64,000 nt of DNA from assembly GCA_964016885.1 (NCBI GenBank), contig OZ024761.1, positions 12,338,001 through 12,402,000 on the forward strand, read 5' to 3'. This DNA is from Eledone cirrhosa. Lineage: Eukaryota. The notes beneath the pieces are model-generated. The model saw only the letters and a list, made by a program, of their open reading frames with translations. It was not told the DNA's origin and did no database searches. The translations under genes were made by a program, and so were the position numbers. Shown piece by piece: positions 26,770 to 39,047 of this stretch. The stretch's first letter is position 1; every line of letters begins with the position of its first letter.

Positions 26770-28140
26770 GACTGGCAGGTGATCTTCGACTTGCACTTGA
26801 TAGCTTTGACGCTGAGTGCTGCATGACTGGGATAAAAAACTCAGTGATGCGAGACTGAGACACTCGTCTTCTCAAGGTAGCCTACGCAGGGCCCTCTACA
26901 TGTGGAGTTGTGAGACTGAGACACTCGTCTTCTCAAGGTAGACTACACAGGGCCCTCTACATGTGGAGTTGTGAGACTGAGACACTCGTCTTCTCAAGGT
27001 AGCCTACGCAGGGCCCTCTACATGTGGAGTTGTGAGACTGAGACACTCGTCTTCTCAAGGTAGCCTACACAGGGCCCTCTACATGTGGAGTTGCGAGACT
27101 GAGACACTCGTCTTCTCAAGGTAGCCTACGCAGGGCCCTCTACATGTGGAGTTGTGAGACTGAGACACTCGTCTTCTCAAGGTAGACTACACAGGGCCCT
27201 CTACATGTGGAGTTGTGAGACTGAGACACTCGTCTTCTCAAGGTAGCCTACGCAGGGCCCTCTACATGTGGAGTTGTGAGACTGAGACACTCGTCTTCTC
27301 AAGGTAGACTACACAGGGCCCTCTACATGTGGAGTTGTGAGACTGAGACACTCGTCTTCTCAAGGTAGACTACACAGGGCCCTCTACATGTGGAGTTGTG
27401 AGACTGAGACACTCGTCTTCTCAAGGTAGCCTACGCAGGGCCCTCTACATGTGGAGTTGTGAGACTGAGACACTCGTCTTCTCAAGGTAGCCTACACAGG
27501 GCCCTCTACATGTGGAGTTGTGAGACTGAGACACTCGTCTTCTCAAGGTAGACTACACAGGGCCCTCTACATGTGGAGTTGTGAGACTGAGACACTCGTC
27601 TTCTCAAGGTAGACTACACAGGGCCCTCTACATGTGGAGTTGTGAGACTGAGACACTCGTCTTCTCAAGGTAGCCTACGCAGGGCCCTCTACATGTGGAG
27701 TTGTGAGACTGAGACACTCGTCTTCTCAAGGTAGCCTACGCAGGGCCCTCTACATGTGGAGTTGTGAGACTGAGACACTCGTCTTCTCAAGGTAGACTAC
27801 GCAGGGCCCTCTACATGTGGAGTTGTGAGACTGAGACACTCGTCTTCTCAAAGTAGCCTACGCAGAGCCCTCTACATGTGAATGGAGTTCTACTGAAGCA
27901 GGTAGAGAAATCCAAGTATCTTGGGGTTCGTGAGTGGTGAAACGCAGGAGCTTGAATAAAGTGCAAGAGTTGCAGGAGTTGGTGCAGTAATGCGCCAGCT
28001 TCGGTATTCAGTAATCAGAAAAAGGGAGGTAGGTGTAAAAGCCAAACTCGTTATCTTCAATTCAGTATTCCTACAGTCACGAATCTTGTGTAATGACTGA
28101 AAGAATACAAGCGCGAATACAAGCGGCTGAAATGGGGTTC
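26770..28140 (+). mobile_element. Decayed RTE (Rex3/Expander-like) RT fragment interrupted by a tandem array
   Basis: DLRLALDSFDAECCMTGIK...TETLVFSR before the array; LHVNGVLLKQVEKSKYLGV...KAKLVIFNSVF...VMTERIQARIQAAEMGF after it. Confidence 0.75.
26851..27880 (+). repeat. 61-bp minisatellite, about 17 copies
   Basis: Unit gagactgagacactcgtcttctcaaggtag(c/a)ctac(g/a)cagggccctctacatgtggagttgt, near-identical copies, no spacers. Confidence 0.95.
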
Positions 28141-28141
28141 A

Positions 28142-28640
28142 GTCTATATATGCACACACCAGCACATATATAGACTTAAATACATATATATATGCACACA
28201 CCAGCACATATATAGACTTAAATACATATATATATGTATACACTAGCACATATATAGACTTAAATACATATATATATGTATACACCAGCACATATATAGA
28301 CTTAAATACTTATATATATGTATACACCAGCACATATATAGACTTAAATACATATATATATGCACACACCAGCACATATATAAACTTAAATACATATATA
28401 TATGTATACACCAGCACATATATAAACTTAAATACATATATATATGTATACACCAGCACATATATAGACTTAAATACTTATATATATGTATACACCAGCA
28501 CATATATAGACTTAAATACATATATATATGCACACACCAGCACATATATAGACTTAAATACATACACCAGCACATATATAGACTTAAATACATATATATA
28601 TGCATACACTAGCACATATATATATGCATACACTAGCACA
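28142..28640. repeat. About 42-44-bp AT-rich minisatellite
   Basis: Repeats of cacaccagcacatatatagacttaaatacatatatatatg. Confidence 0.9.
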
Positions 28641-28655
28641 TATTATACTCTTTCT

Positions 28656-28756
<101 letters not shown>

Positions 28757-28799
28757 ATAATAATATTTATATATATATAGTGATAATAATATTTTAATA

Positions 28800-28833
<34 letters not shown>

Positions 28834-28979
28834 AAGGCTTTTTTAGGAACTTTCATTGTTTTTATAGGTTTTGGCGTTTGAAGAGCTCAGACTATCATAA
28901 CTGATGGTCCGCAGCGAAATATGTATAACGGAGTTTTAAATAAACCTGAATCAACTGAATATGGCCTCCAATCTTTTAA

Positions 28980-29019
<40 letters not shown>

Positions 29020-29964
29020 AGAGAGAGAGGGTAAAAAGATTTTAAGAGAAAGAACGACATAGAAAAAACTGAATAAATTAAAAATGAAAGAATATCTATA
29101 AATTTCACAGCAAATCAATCATGCATTCCATAGTTTTCACCTTTTTCTAGAAGCTTCTGTCGACAGTGACCAGGTTTGGTATTGTTTTTTTTTAAATTTT
29201 ATTTTGTTAGGTTGTTTTTTTCTTCCAAGATGTTTCTCACGAATTTCAAGAATCATTGGTTCCAAAGATTGTTGGTTCCACTTTGTTTTATATTTTTTAA
29301 TTATTTTTTAAAGTTTATTGAAAAGTATGAGGTAGATGAGGGCAAGAAAGAGAAACTAAAGAAGCAGAGAGAGAGAGTGTGTGTGTGTGTGTGTGTGTGT
29401 GGGGAGAGATCTAGAAAGAAAAATAAATACTAATTTGTCCAGAAAACACAATCCCACAATGCATTGTTATTCAATGCTTTATGAGAGTGGGGCTGCGATA
29501 TGATGAAGGCAGAAGTGGTGATGATAATACTGGGGTTAGTTTGTGGGTTACTGAGGGTTCTTGGAGTTGACAGAGACCTCATGTTTGCTATTCCTAGAGT
29601 AAAGTTTTTCTTTGGCCAAAAACTATATTTTTGGGTTTGTCTTCTCATATTTTTGTTCCTCAAATAGCTTTTATCTTTTCTGTGTATGTGTATATATATA
29701 TATATATATACATATATATACATATATATATATATAAAGTATTGCACCAAGAAAAATATAGACTTCGGCGAGAAGGGATACATACATATGTACACAGATA
29801 TATATATATATATATATATGGATATATATGGATATATATATGGTGAAGGGGTATTTCTTGTCAGTTGAATTAGAACCATTTGTTTTTGTAATTTAATCTT
29901 CATTGTTGTTGTTACATAAAACATACATGTCTGGAAAGAATTAGGCATATATATATATATTCAT

Positions 29965-30006
<42 letters not shown>

Positions 30007-30097
30007 GTTAAAATACTGGAGCGTGTTGGAGTTAAACACCCTCTTCGTATTATAGTTTTCGGTTTGTATTGGCCGATAATACTTCTTGTTGTTTTAA

Positions 30098-30140
30098 TTG
30101 CCCTGATGAGTCCTTAATAGGACGAAACATTGTTGGCTAA
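30098..30140 (+). ncRNA. Minimal hammerhead ribozyme (PLE-type)
   Basis: ttgcc CTGATGA gtcct-taat-aggac GAAA ca-t-tg TT ggctaa followed by AATAAA; second copy at 35671-35713. Confidence 0.7.
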
Positions 30141-30888
30141 TAAAGACTTTTGATGTATTGAAGGCTTCTTTGTTTTACTTTCATAATATATATATATATA
30201 TATTAATATAGATCAAACTCTAACAAGAAAGCACCACTTAAGTGTTGTATAGGAACAATTTTCAAATCAAATCCCAATATTGGATAAGAAACCGAAATAA
30301 AAGATAAGAACAAATAAGATGTTTTGGTTTTTGTTTTTATTCTTAAAAAAATGAATCCCTGACTAAACTAGGGGTCAGTTGAACAATCCCAGAAATTACT
30401 GAACCACTGAAGGCTGTCTTGAAACAATGTACCCTATTTTAAGTAGGATTCTTTGATAATTACATGTAAACACACACATATATATATATATGATATATAT
30501 GATATATACATATATATATATATGATATATATATATATGTATGTATGTATATATATATATATTATTTCTATTTCTCAACTGTAAGAAATACTAGATACTT
30601 GCCCCAATCTGTCATGTCTCACTAGCTCTAAACGGACGTTTAAATTGATTAAATAAATACATGAGTGTATGTGTGTCTCTGTGAGTATGAAATATACACA
30701 CTATATTAGATACTAAACATATATAGGGCTGAGTAATTATTATTATTATTAATGCACTGGGTAATTGCTGGCCTTGTGCCTAAAGTAGAAACAATTATTA
30801 TTATTATGTCGATAAAAAAAGCACCAGTAATGTACTGGTGTCGATTTAATCAACTTCAAAATTACTGGCCTTGTGTCTATACTAGAAA

Positions 30889-30929
<41 letters not shown>

Positions 30930-31521
30930 TTGTTTTAAAATTGATATACCTTTTATTTATTTACATTTTTATTAAAAAAAATTAAATTCCCACCTCAAAT
31001 TCTATGGATCGGATTTCTTCCTTTCCTTGGATTTGTTCATTAAAATTCCTTAAAATATTATTCTTAACCCATATATGGATAGACACAGGCAGACAGATAC
31101 AGATATCTGAGCCTGAGATTTATCACACAATCACACACAAACCTGCTTGCAAAGTAATCACAGCAAGTGATTCTCTATCTAGTAAGACCCCAGACAAATT
31201 TGAAGCTGCACATTTTAATCTTCACAGTGGAGAAAGGAGATGAGTAACAGATATAAGCTTTTCATGAATGTTTAAAAAAAAAGGCCTAAAAAAAAGAAAC
31301 ACCCATCACCTAAACACTGCTCTTATGTTTAGAAACCCAACCTTATTTATCCATGCTTTTTACCAACATTTTAATCTATCTGTTAATACACAGCAATAAA
31401 ATATTTCTCAGAACATCTCCCCAGACTTATTATACCTCAACTGACTAACTAGTTACTTAACTAAACTACACATCCATTCCATCCGAAAACTACTGAGAAA
31501 TTTTATTTTCTTTCAGAATAA

Positions 31522-31571
<50 letters not shown>

Positions 31572-31941
31572 AACACATACACACACACAAACACATACAC
31601 ACATATACATAAACACACACATATATACAACACAGCTGATTTCCAATGATAAGTAGCGGAATTCTTCTGCCAAAATCCACCAAACGGTACCCTCAGCTGT
31701 TTCCAATGTTTTATGACTTGTTAACTTTCTCCACCTCATCCCCACCCCCACCTGACCTCCAGATCTACCCCACCCCATCTATCTCACTCCCTACACCTAT
31801 CTTACTCCCCACACCTCCACCCTACACCTATATTGAAACTAAACTAGTTAGATATTTCCACTGTTGCTTCATACCACAATTTATATATCTTTTGCTATTT
31901 TATAAATAATAAATTTAATACCTATACATATATATATATAT

Positions 31942-32047
<106 letters not shown>

Positions 32048-32249
32048 GTGTATGTATATATATATATACACATGTACATATATATATATACACGTGTATA
32101 TATATATATATGTATATATATATGTATATATACATATATATATATACATATATACACATATATATATACATATATATATACACATATATACACATATATA
32201 TATACATATATATATACACATATATATATACATATATACATATATATAT

Positions 32250-32303
<54 letters not shown>

Positions 32304-32514
32304 TAAACCCGTGTCTACAATTACGAGGGTAGATTACACCACAAATGTTATTTATCATTCAACCTGAATCATATGGGATGTTACAAGATTTACTGTGTTT
32401 CCTTCTACACATATAAATATTATAATGCTCAGTATTTATAGTTTGAGCTTGTTAATTGCAGGGTATCTATATGAGTTATTAACTCTATATTTTGTTTGTA
32501 TATATATATATATA

Positions 32515-32707
32515 TATAGGAAAAAGTATGACCCCGACGGCAGAGCTCAAGCTGTTTCGACGGCTATTTCAGTCCAGAAATAGCCGTCGAAACGGCTTGA
32601 GCTCTGCCGTCGGGGTCATACTTTTTCCTATTTCCAACTCTACTACCCTAAGTATTGAGTACTCTGGTGCGTTATGGTCCATCTGGTTCCTTACCACAAC
32701 TCCTCCG

Positions 32708-32712
<5 letters not shown>
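32515..32712. repeat. Fold-back palindromic element in (TA)n (family copy 3)
   Basis: Same family, with a different centre junction (ttc agtcca gaa). Confidence 0.85.
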
Positions 32713-32771
<59 letters not shown>

Positions 32772-34365
32772 GAACGTACACACACACACACATCTTTAAG
32801 CTGGGGAAAAAGAGGCCTAATGATGTTGATGGTGGTGGTGGTGATGGTGTTGTTGATGGTGGTGATGGTTAGGGTGGTGATGATATATTTAGGCTCGGTG
32901 CCATAGCTCTGGAAACTGGTTATTTAGAAGACAATTTTAGACACTGGTTTCTGTATTGTTATACCCCTGACTAATGGCACTCATTTTCAGCCCGAGTATA
33001 CTGGAGCAGCCTGAAATGAAGTGTCTTGCTCAAGAACACAACACACAACCTAGTCTAGGAATTGAACCCACTGCATTATGACTGTAAGTCCAACACCCTT
33101 ACCACTAGGCCATGCATTTCCACATTACATATATATATAAATATATATACATATATACATATATACATATACACATATATAAATATATATATACACATAC
33201 ACATATATAAATATATATATACACACACACACACACATATATATATACACATATATTTACACATATACATATATACACATATATAAATATATATATACAC
33301 ATACACATATATAAATATATATATACATACACACACACACACATACATACGTATATATATACACATATATATTTACACATATACATATATACACATATAT
33401 AAATATATATATACACATACACATATATAAATACATATAGACATATACACACACACACACACACATTACATACATACACATATATATTTACACATATACA
33501 TATATACACATATATAAATATATATATACACATACACATATATAAATATATATAGACATATACACACACACACACACACTATGTGTGTGTGTATATATAT
33601 TCACACACACACACACACATGCTGTCTACACTGTACAGTACATGAAAGAGTAAATTATGATTGCCTAAGAAATAAATATATAAATAAATAAATAAATAAA
33701 TAAATTTACCAGCCCCCCCTCTCTCTCCCATTCCACGCACACCCCACCTCACCCCTACCACCAATTCCCAGATTATTTTGATGTTGGCAAAGAAATAAAT
33801 AACACAGATTGTTTGATTTTACTGATTGTTTGGGGAGGGTCGGTGTTTTTTTTTTTTTTGCAATTTATTCTTAGTTTAGTTTTGTTTCTAGATTTTCCTC
33901 CGTCGTCTTCTAATGTCTTAGCTCACCAGTTCCACTTAGCTCACCAATTCCAAAGACGAGATATATATAAATAGACAACAGCAACAACTTGAAAAATTAG
34001 GATAAATTCAACAAGCTGATTCCACCCCTGCCCTACACTGAGGATTTACACACACACACACACACACATACACACACACACACACACATACACACACACA
34101 CACACATATATATACACACACGCACATTCATATATATATACACATATACATATACACATGTATATATTCATATACACACACACACACGCACATTCATATA
34201 CATATACACATGTATATATTCATATACACACACACACATATATATATATACACACACACACACGCACATTCATATACATATACACATATACATGTATATA
34301 TTCATATACACACACACACACACATATATATATATACACACACACGCACATTCATATACATATAC

Positions 34366-34416
<51 letters not shown>

Positions 34417-35245
34417 AACAGAGCAGAAAATGGATATTCTAAGATGCTGCATTTCCAAGATGGCGGCAATGAGGAGTAGAGAGATTCCCCCAGACTCTAT
34501 ATACTCCCCTACATTTGTCCAACACTAAAATAAAATATGGACAAAATAGAGAGAAGGGGGGCACCCTCCCCCCCTTAATATCCTTCCCTCACTCTCTTCA
34601 AAAGAACCTCCCCCCCCCACTCTGCCAGTAGTAAGTTTAAGTGGCTACCTATGAATATATTTATGTATATGTGTGTATATATATGGTGGTGGCTTAAGTT
34701 GCAGCTGGGGGGGGGGGGGGTAGTGGGATAATGATGGTGGTGGTGGTGTCTATGGTGGTGATGATGGCTATTGTGGTGGTGATGTTTATGGCGGTGATGA
34801 TGATGATGATGATAGCTATTATGGTGGCGGTGATGATGTTGATGGTTATTGTGATGATGATGATGATGATACAGCTTACACCTGCGTAGGGGTTTAGCAA
34901 GGGGCTCCCATGAAGTTGGTCTTTTTTTTATAGGAGGTTTATCAGGTGTCTTGATCACACACACTCACACACACTCTCACACACACACTCACACACACAT
35001 ACACTCTCTCACACACACACACATACACTCTCTCTCTCTCACACACAACGATGGTGACACTTATGGCAAAGACAAAAATGACATTAACAAAATCCAACCA
35101 TTTTATTGAGTTTCATTTCTTTGTTTTATTTAACTTATTTCGTACTACTGCTACTACTACTATTACTACTACTACTACTGCTACTACTACTACTACTAAT
35201 ATTACTGCTGAGGCAACTCCTGCTCAACCCAGGACATAACTTGAA

Positions 35246-35367
<122 letters not shown>

Positions 35368-35432
35368 TATATAAGACTATCTTCACTGAACTTCACATGA
35401 AGATATGTCACTATCTTTACACCAATTATTAT

Positions 35433-35491
35433 ATTTTATCTGACGAAAGCGTACTTATATATTAGTACCCTTGAAATACGTATAATAAAAT
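35433..35491 (+). ncRNA. Hammerhead-like motif (PLE family with ttttat/ataaaa stem I)
   Basis: ttttatCTGACGAaagcgtact...agtacccttGAAAtacgtaTAataaaa; palindromic stem III atacgtat. Confidence 0.5.
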
Positions 35492-35535
35492 AAATATGGT
35501 TTTATAAAGATATTTTCCATTTATTAATATTACTG

Positions 35536-35575
<40 letters not shown>

Positions 35576-35670
35576 AATTAAAATGTATGTATACTCCATA
35601 TTGTATGTATACTCCATATTCTTCTGAGTTTTTGGCTTGTATTGGCCGATAGTGCTTCTTATAGCTTTAC

Positions 35671-35713
35671 TTGCCCTGATGAGTCCTTAATAGGACGAAA
35701 CATTGTTGGCTAA
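35671..35713 (+). ncRNA. Minimal hammerhead ribozyme (same family as 30098)
   Basis: Identical core CTGATGAgtccttaataggacGAAAcattgttggc with shared flanks; (TA)n on both sides. Confidence 0.7.
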
Positions 35714-35755
35714 TAAAGACTTTTGATGTATTGAAGGCTTCTTTGGTTTATTTTC

Positions 35756-35790
<35 letters not shown>

Positions 35791-36451
35791 TAATGTCGTA
35801 GAGGTTCACTTTTATAATATCCCTTGGTGTCCTGTCTGTCTGTTTATCTGTCTGCCCCCCCCCCCCCCCCCCGACCACGGTGAACACCCTCGAATGTCGC
35901 ACAATATCCAATGAACAGTGTTTAACACAACACAACACAACAGATCTGCTGAGACACACTGGTAAAATCACTGAGAGTCAGTATCCAGTGAGAGTATCTT
36001 AGTAGTCTCACTGGATCCATCATATAATATATATATATACTGGATAGTCATTAGAATGTTGAGTAAACCCACTCGGCATATTCTGCTACAGTAGGTTCAC
36101 TCAACTGGTTCACAACGCCAGACATTTTAGTTCAGTAAACTAGCTGATCACACACTATAACTTCTATCAGTGAACTAGTAACACACACCAAAACATTTAG
36201 TTTCAGTGATATATATATTTTATATATATATCGACAGTCGATCGACTTTCGTCAAATCGGACCAAGGAAACAATGTCTCCATTGGTCTTTCCAATTGCTA
36301 ATACTATCTATCGGTCGCAACTCCAGGTAGAAGGAGCAACGTGAAATAAAGTGTCTTGCTCAAGGACATAACGCATCGCCCGGTTCGGGAATCAAACTCA
36401 TGACCTCACGATTGCGAATGTAATTCTCTAACCACTAGAGCCACGCGCCTC

Positions 36452-36548
<97 letters not shown>

Positions 36549-37276
36549 ATAATAGTTGTAAATCCAAGTTTTAGTTGTAGTACAGCAAGTATAATTCGAC
36601 TTGTTTGAGGCAATCACAAAGTACTCAATGGATCAAAAGTTAGTTAAAAACAAACATTATCATCCAGAGTAAAACACAACAGTTATAAAGTGTGACACCA
36701 AGAAACCCGACCATATAACTACAATAGATGTAGATATTTTGAGGTCCCAGCTTAAAACAGGAGCGTAAGTTTATAACACATCTGTAGAGCCTGAAATAAT
36801 AACATTTTTTTTTTAATGTTTTTTTTTTTTCATGATGGCTAGGTAAGTGGGTGTGGAGTAAAACCCTGGTGTATTGTGGGTAATTTCTTTTAAGCATAAA
36901 CATACTCTATTTCATCACCTTTTCTTCTCTGATGTTGCTGTTGTTGCTATTATTGATTCTGTTTTGAGGTGAGGCTTTGCAGACAATAATTTCTCAATGT
37001 GACGATGTGAATTGCTTCATTTTTGTCATTATTATTTGTATTCTTCCCTATATGTCGGCCCCTGGGGCCAATAAATGATATATATTATTTTTAAAATAAA
37101 TAAGTAAATAAATAAAAAAATTATTATTATTACTATTATTATTATTATTATTATTATTGTTATTATTAATGCAATCTTCATTGCTTTCTAGAACTATAAC
37201 AGCCTGTGACAAAGTCAGCCAGCAATACATACACCAATGCCCTCTTGAAACAAGAAACAGCCATCCAATCCACACA

Positions 37277-37815
37277 ATAAGACAACTAGCAATGTTACCC
37301 TATTCCCACAATGAGACAACTAGCAATGTTACCCTATTCCCACAATGAGACAACTAGCAATGTTACCCTATTCCCACCATGAGACAACTAGCAATGTTAC
37401 CCTATTCCCACCATGAGACAACTAGCAATGTTACCCTATTCCCACCATGAGACAACTAGCAATGTTACCCTATTCCCACAATGAGACAACTAGCAATGTT
37501 ACCCTATTCCCACAATGAGACAACTAGCAATGTTACCCTATTCCCACAATGAGACAACTAGCAATGTTACCCTATTCCCACAATGAGACAACTAGCAATG
37601 TTACCCTATTCCCACCATGAGACAACTAGCAATGTTACCCTATTCCCACCATGAGACAACTAGCAATGTTACCCTATTCCCACCATGAGACAACTAGCAA
37701 TGTTACCCTATTCCCAGAACGAGACAACTAGCAATGTTACCCTATTCCCACAAGACAACTAGCAATGTTACCCTATTCCCACAAGACAACTAGCAATGTT
37801 ACCCTACTCCCACCG
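37277..37815. repeat. 34-bp minisatellite, about 16 copies
   Basis: Unit gagacaactagcaatgttaccctattcccac(a/c)at. Confidence 0.95.
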
Positions 37816-38040
37816 ACCCATGCAGCAACTGTTCATCAGTGAAGGGATAAATCACTCATCATCTCTCTTATCTTTTCCTTCCAACAGATTTGATTTTAGA
37901 TTTTACAGATTATATATGTACATATATACATATATATGTACATATGTACATATATGTACATATATATATATAAATAAATATGTACATATATATAAATATA
38001 TATATATACACACACATACACATATATTTGCATATACATA

Positions 38041-38087
<47 letters not shown>

Positions 38088-38769
38088 ATATACATGCATA
38101 TACATGCATATACATATATATACATGCATAAATATGCATACATTAATGGTGCTTGAGAATTTGTCGAGCTTTTTTTAAAGATTAAATACATAGATGTTTC
38201 AAGTAAAAACAAACCTTTTAATATAACTTAACTGAAATAGTTGAAATAGCACAACAGGCCTAAACATGGGTGTGGCCTAGTATACAAGGTAGATAGATTG
38301 ATAGGTAGAGGTAAGTGCAGGGTGGGGCGGGGGACGGGGAAGCAAGAGTTTATCAAGTCTTAACATAAGCCTTCATATCGTATCTTTCTGTTTATTTCAT
38401 TATGTAATGTTGTTTTGTTTTGTAATTTTTTTCTTTTGGCAGGTCAGAGGATGAGAAGGGGGTTAATGATAATTTCAGAAGCTCCAATATACAAACAAAT
38501 CTTAGCAGTTATTTCGTTTAGTTATATATATATTATATATATATTATATATATATATTTTATATATATATTATATATATATTATATATTATATATATATA
38601 TACACACTTATATCATATATATATATATATGTGTATATCTTTTGTTAATAAGAGTGGGAAGAAATGGGAATTTAAATGAAACATTATCTATTAAAATATC
38701 AATAACAAGACTGCCAAAATACTTCTGCCTCAGAAGCAAATCTTTCATAAGTGATTCATGGAGAAAAAT

Positions 38770-38813
<44 letters not shown>

Positions 38814-39047
38814 CACCAATGAATCTAAGAATTTGTTAATTGTCTTTTCTTCTGCTTTTTAATTCCATCACTTCCATGAGAATCCAACTTTGGAATCCAT
38901 TTTTTATAATTATTTTTATCATTATTATTATTATTATCGTTATCATTATTATTATCATTATATTTCCTTGGTTTGTTTCAGTTTTTCTTGTTTTGTTTTA
39001 AAATTCTCAAAATTCTTTTATTATCTTTCTTTTTGTTCTTTACGAAT

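Noticed and set aside
26851-27880. CRISPR-like regular array
   Set aside because: Head-to-tail units with no unique spacers, eukaryotic context, no cas genes; derived from an RTE fragment.
29430-29620. Possible extra exon (MRSLSTPRTLSNPQ...)
   Set aside because: Phase-2 reading stops quickly, no donor identified, no homology recognised.
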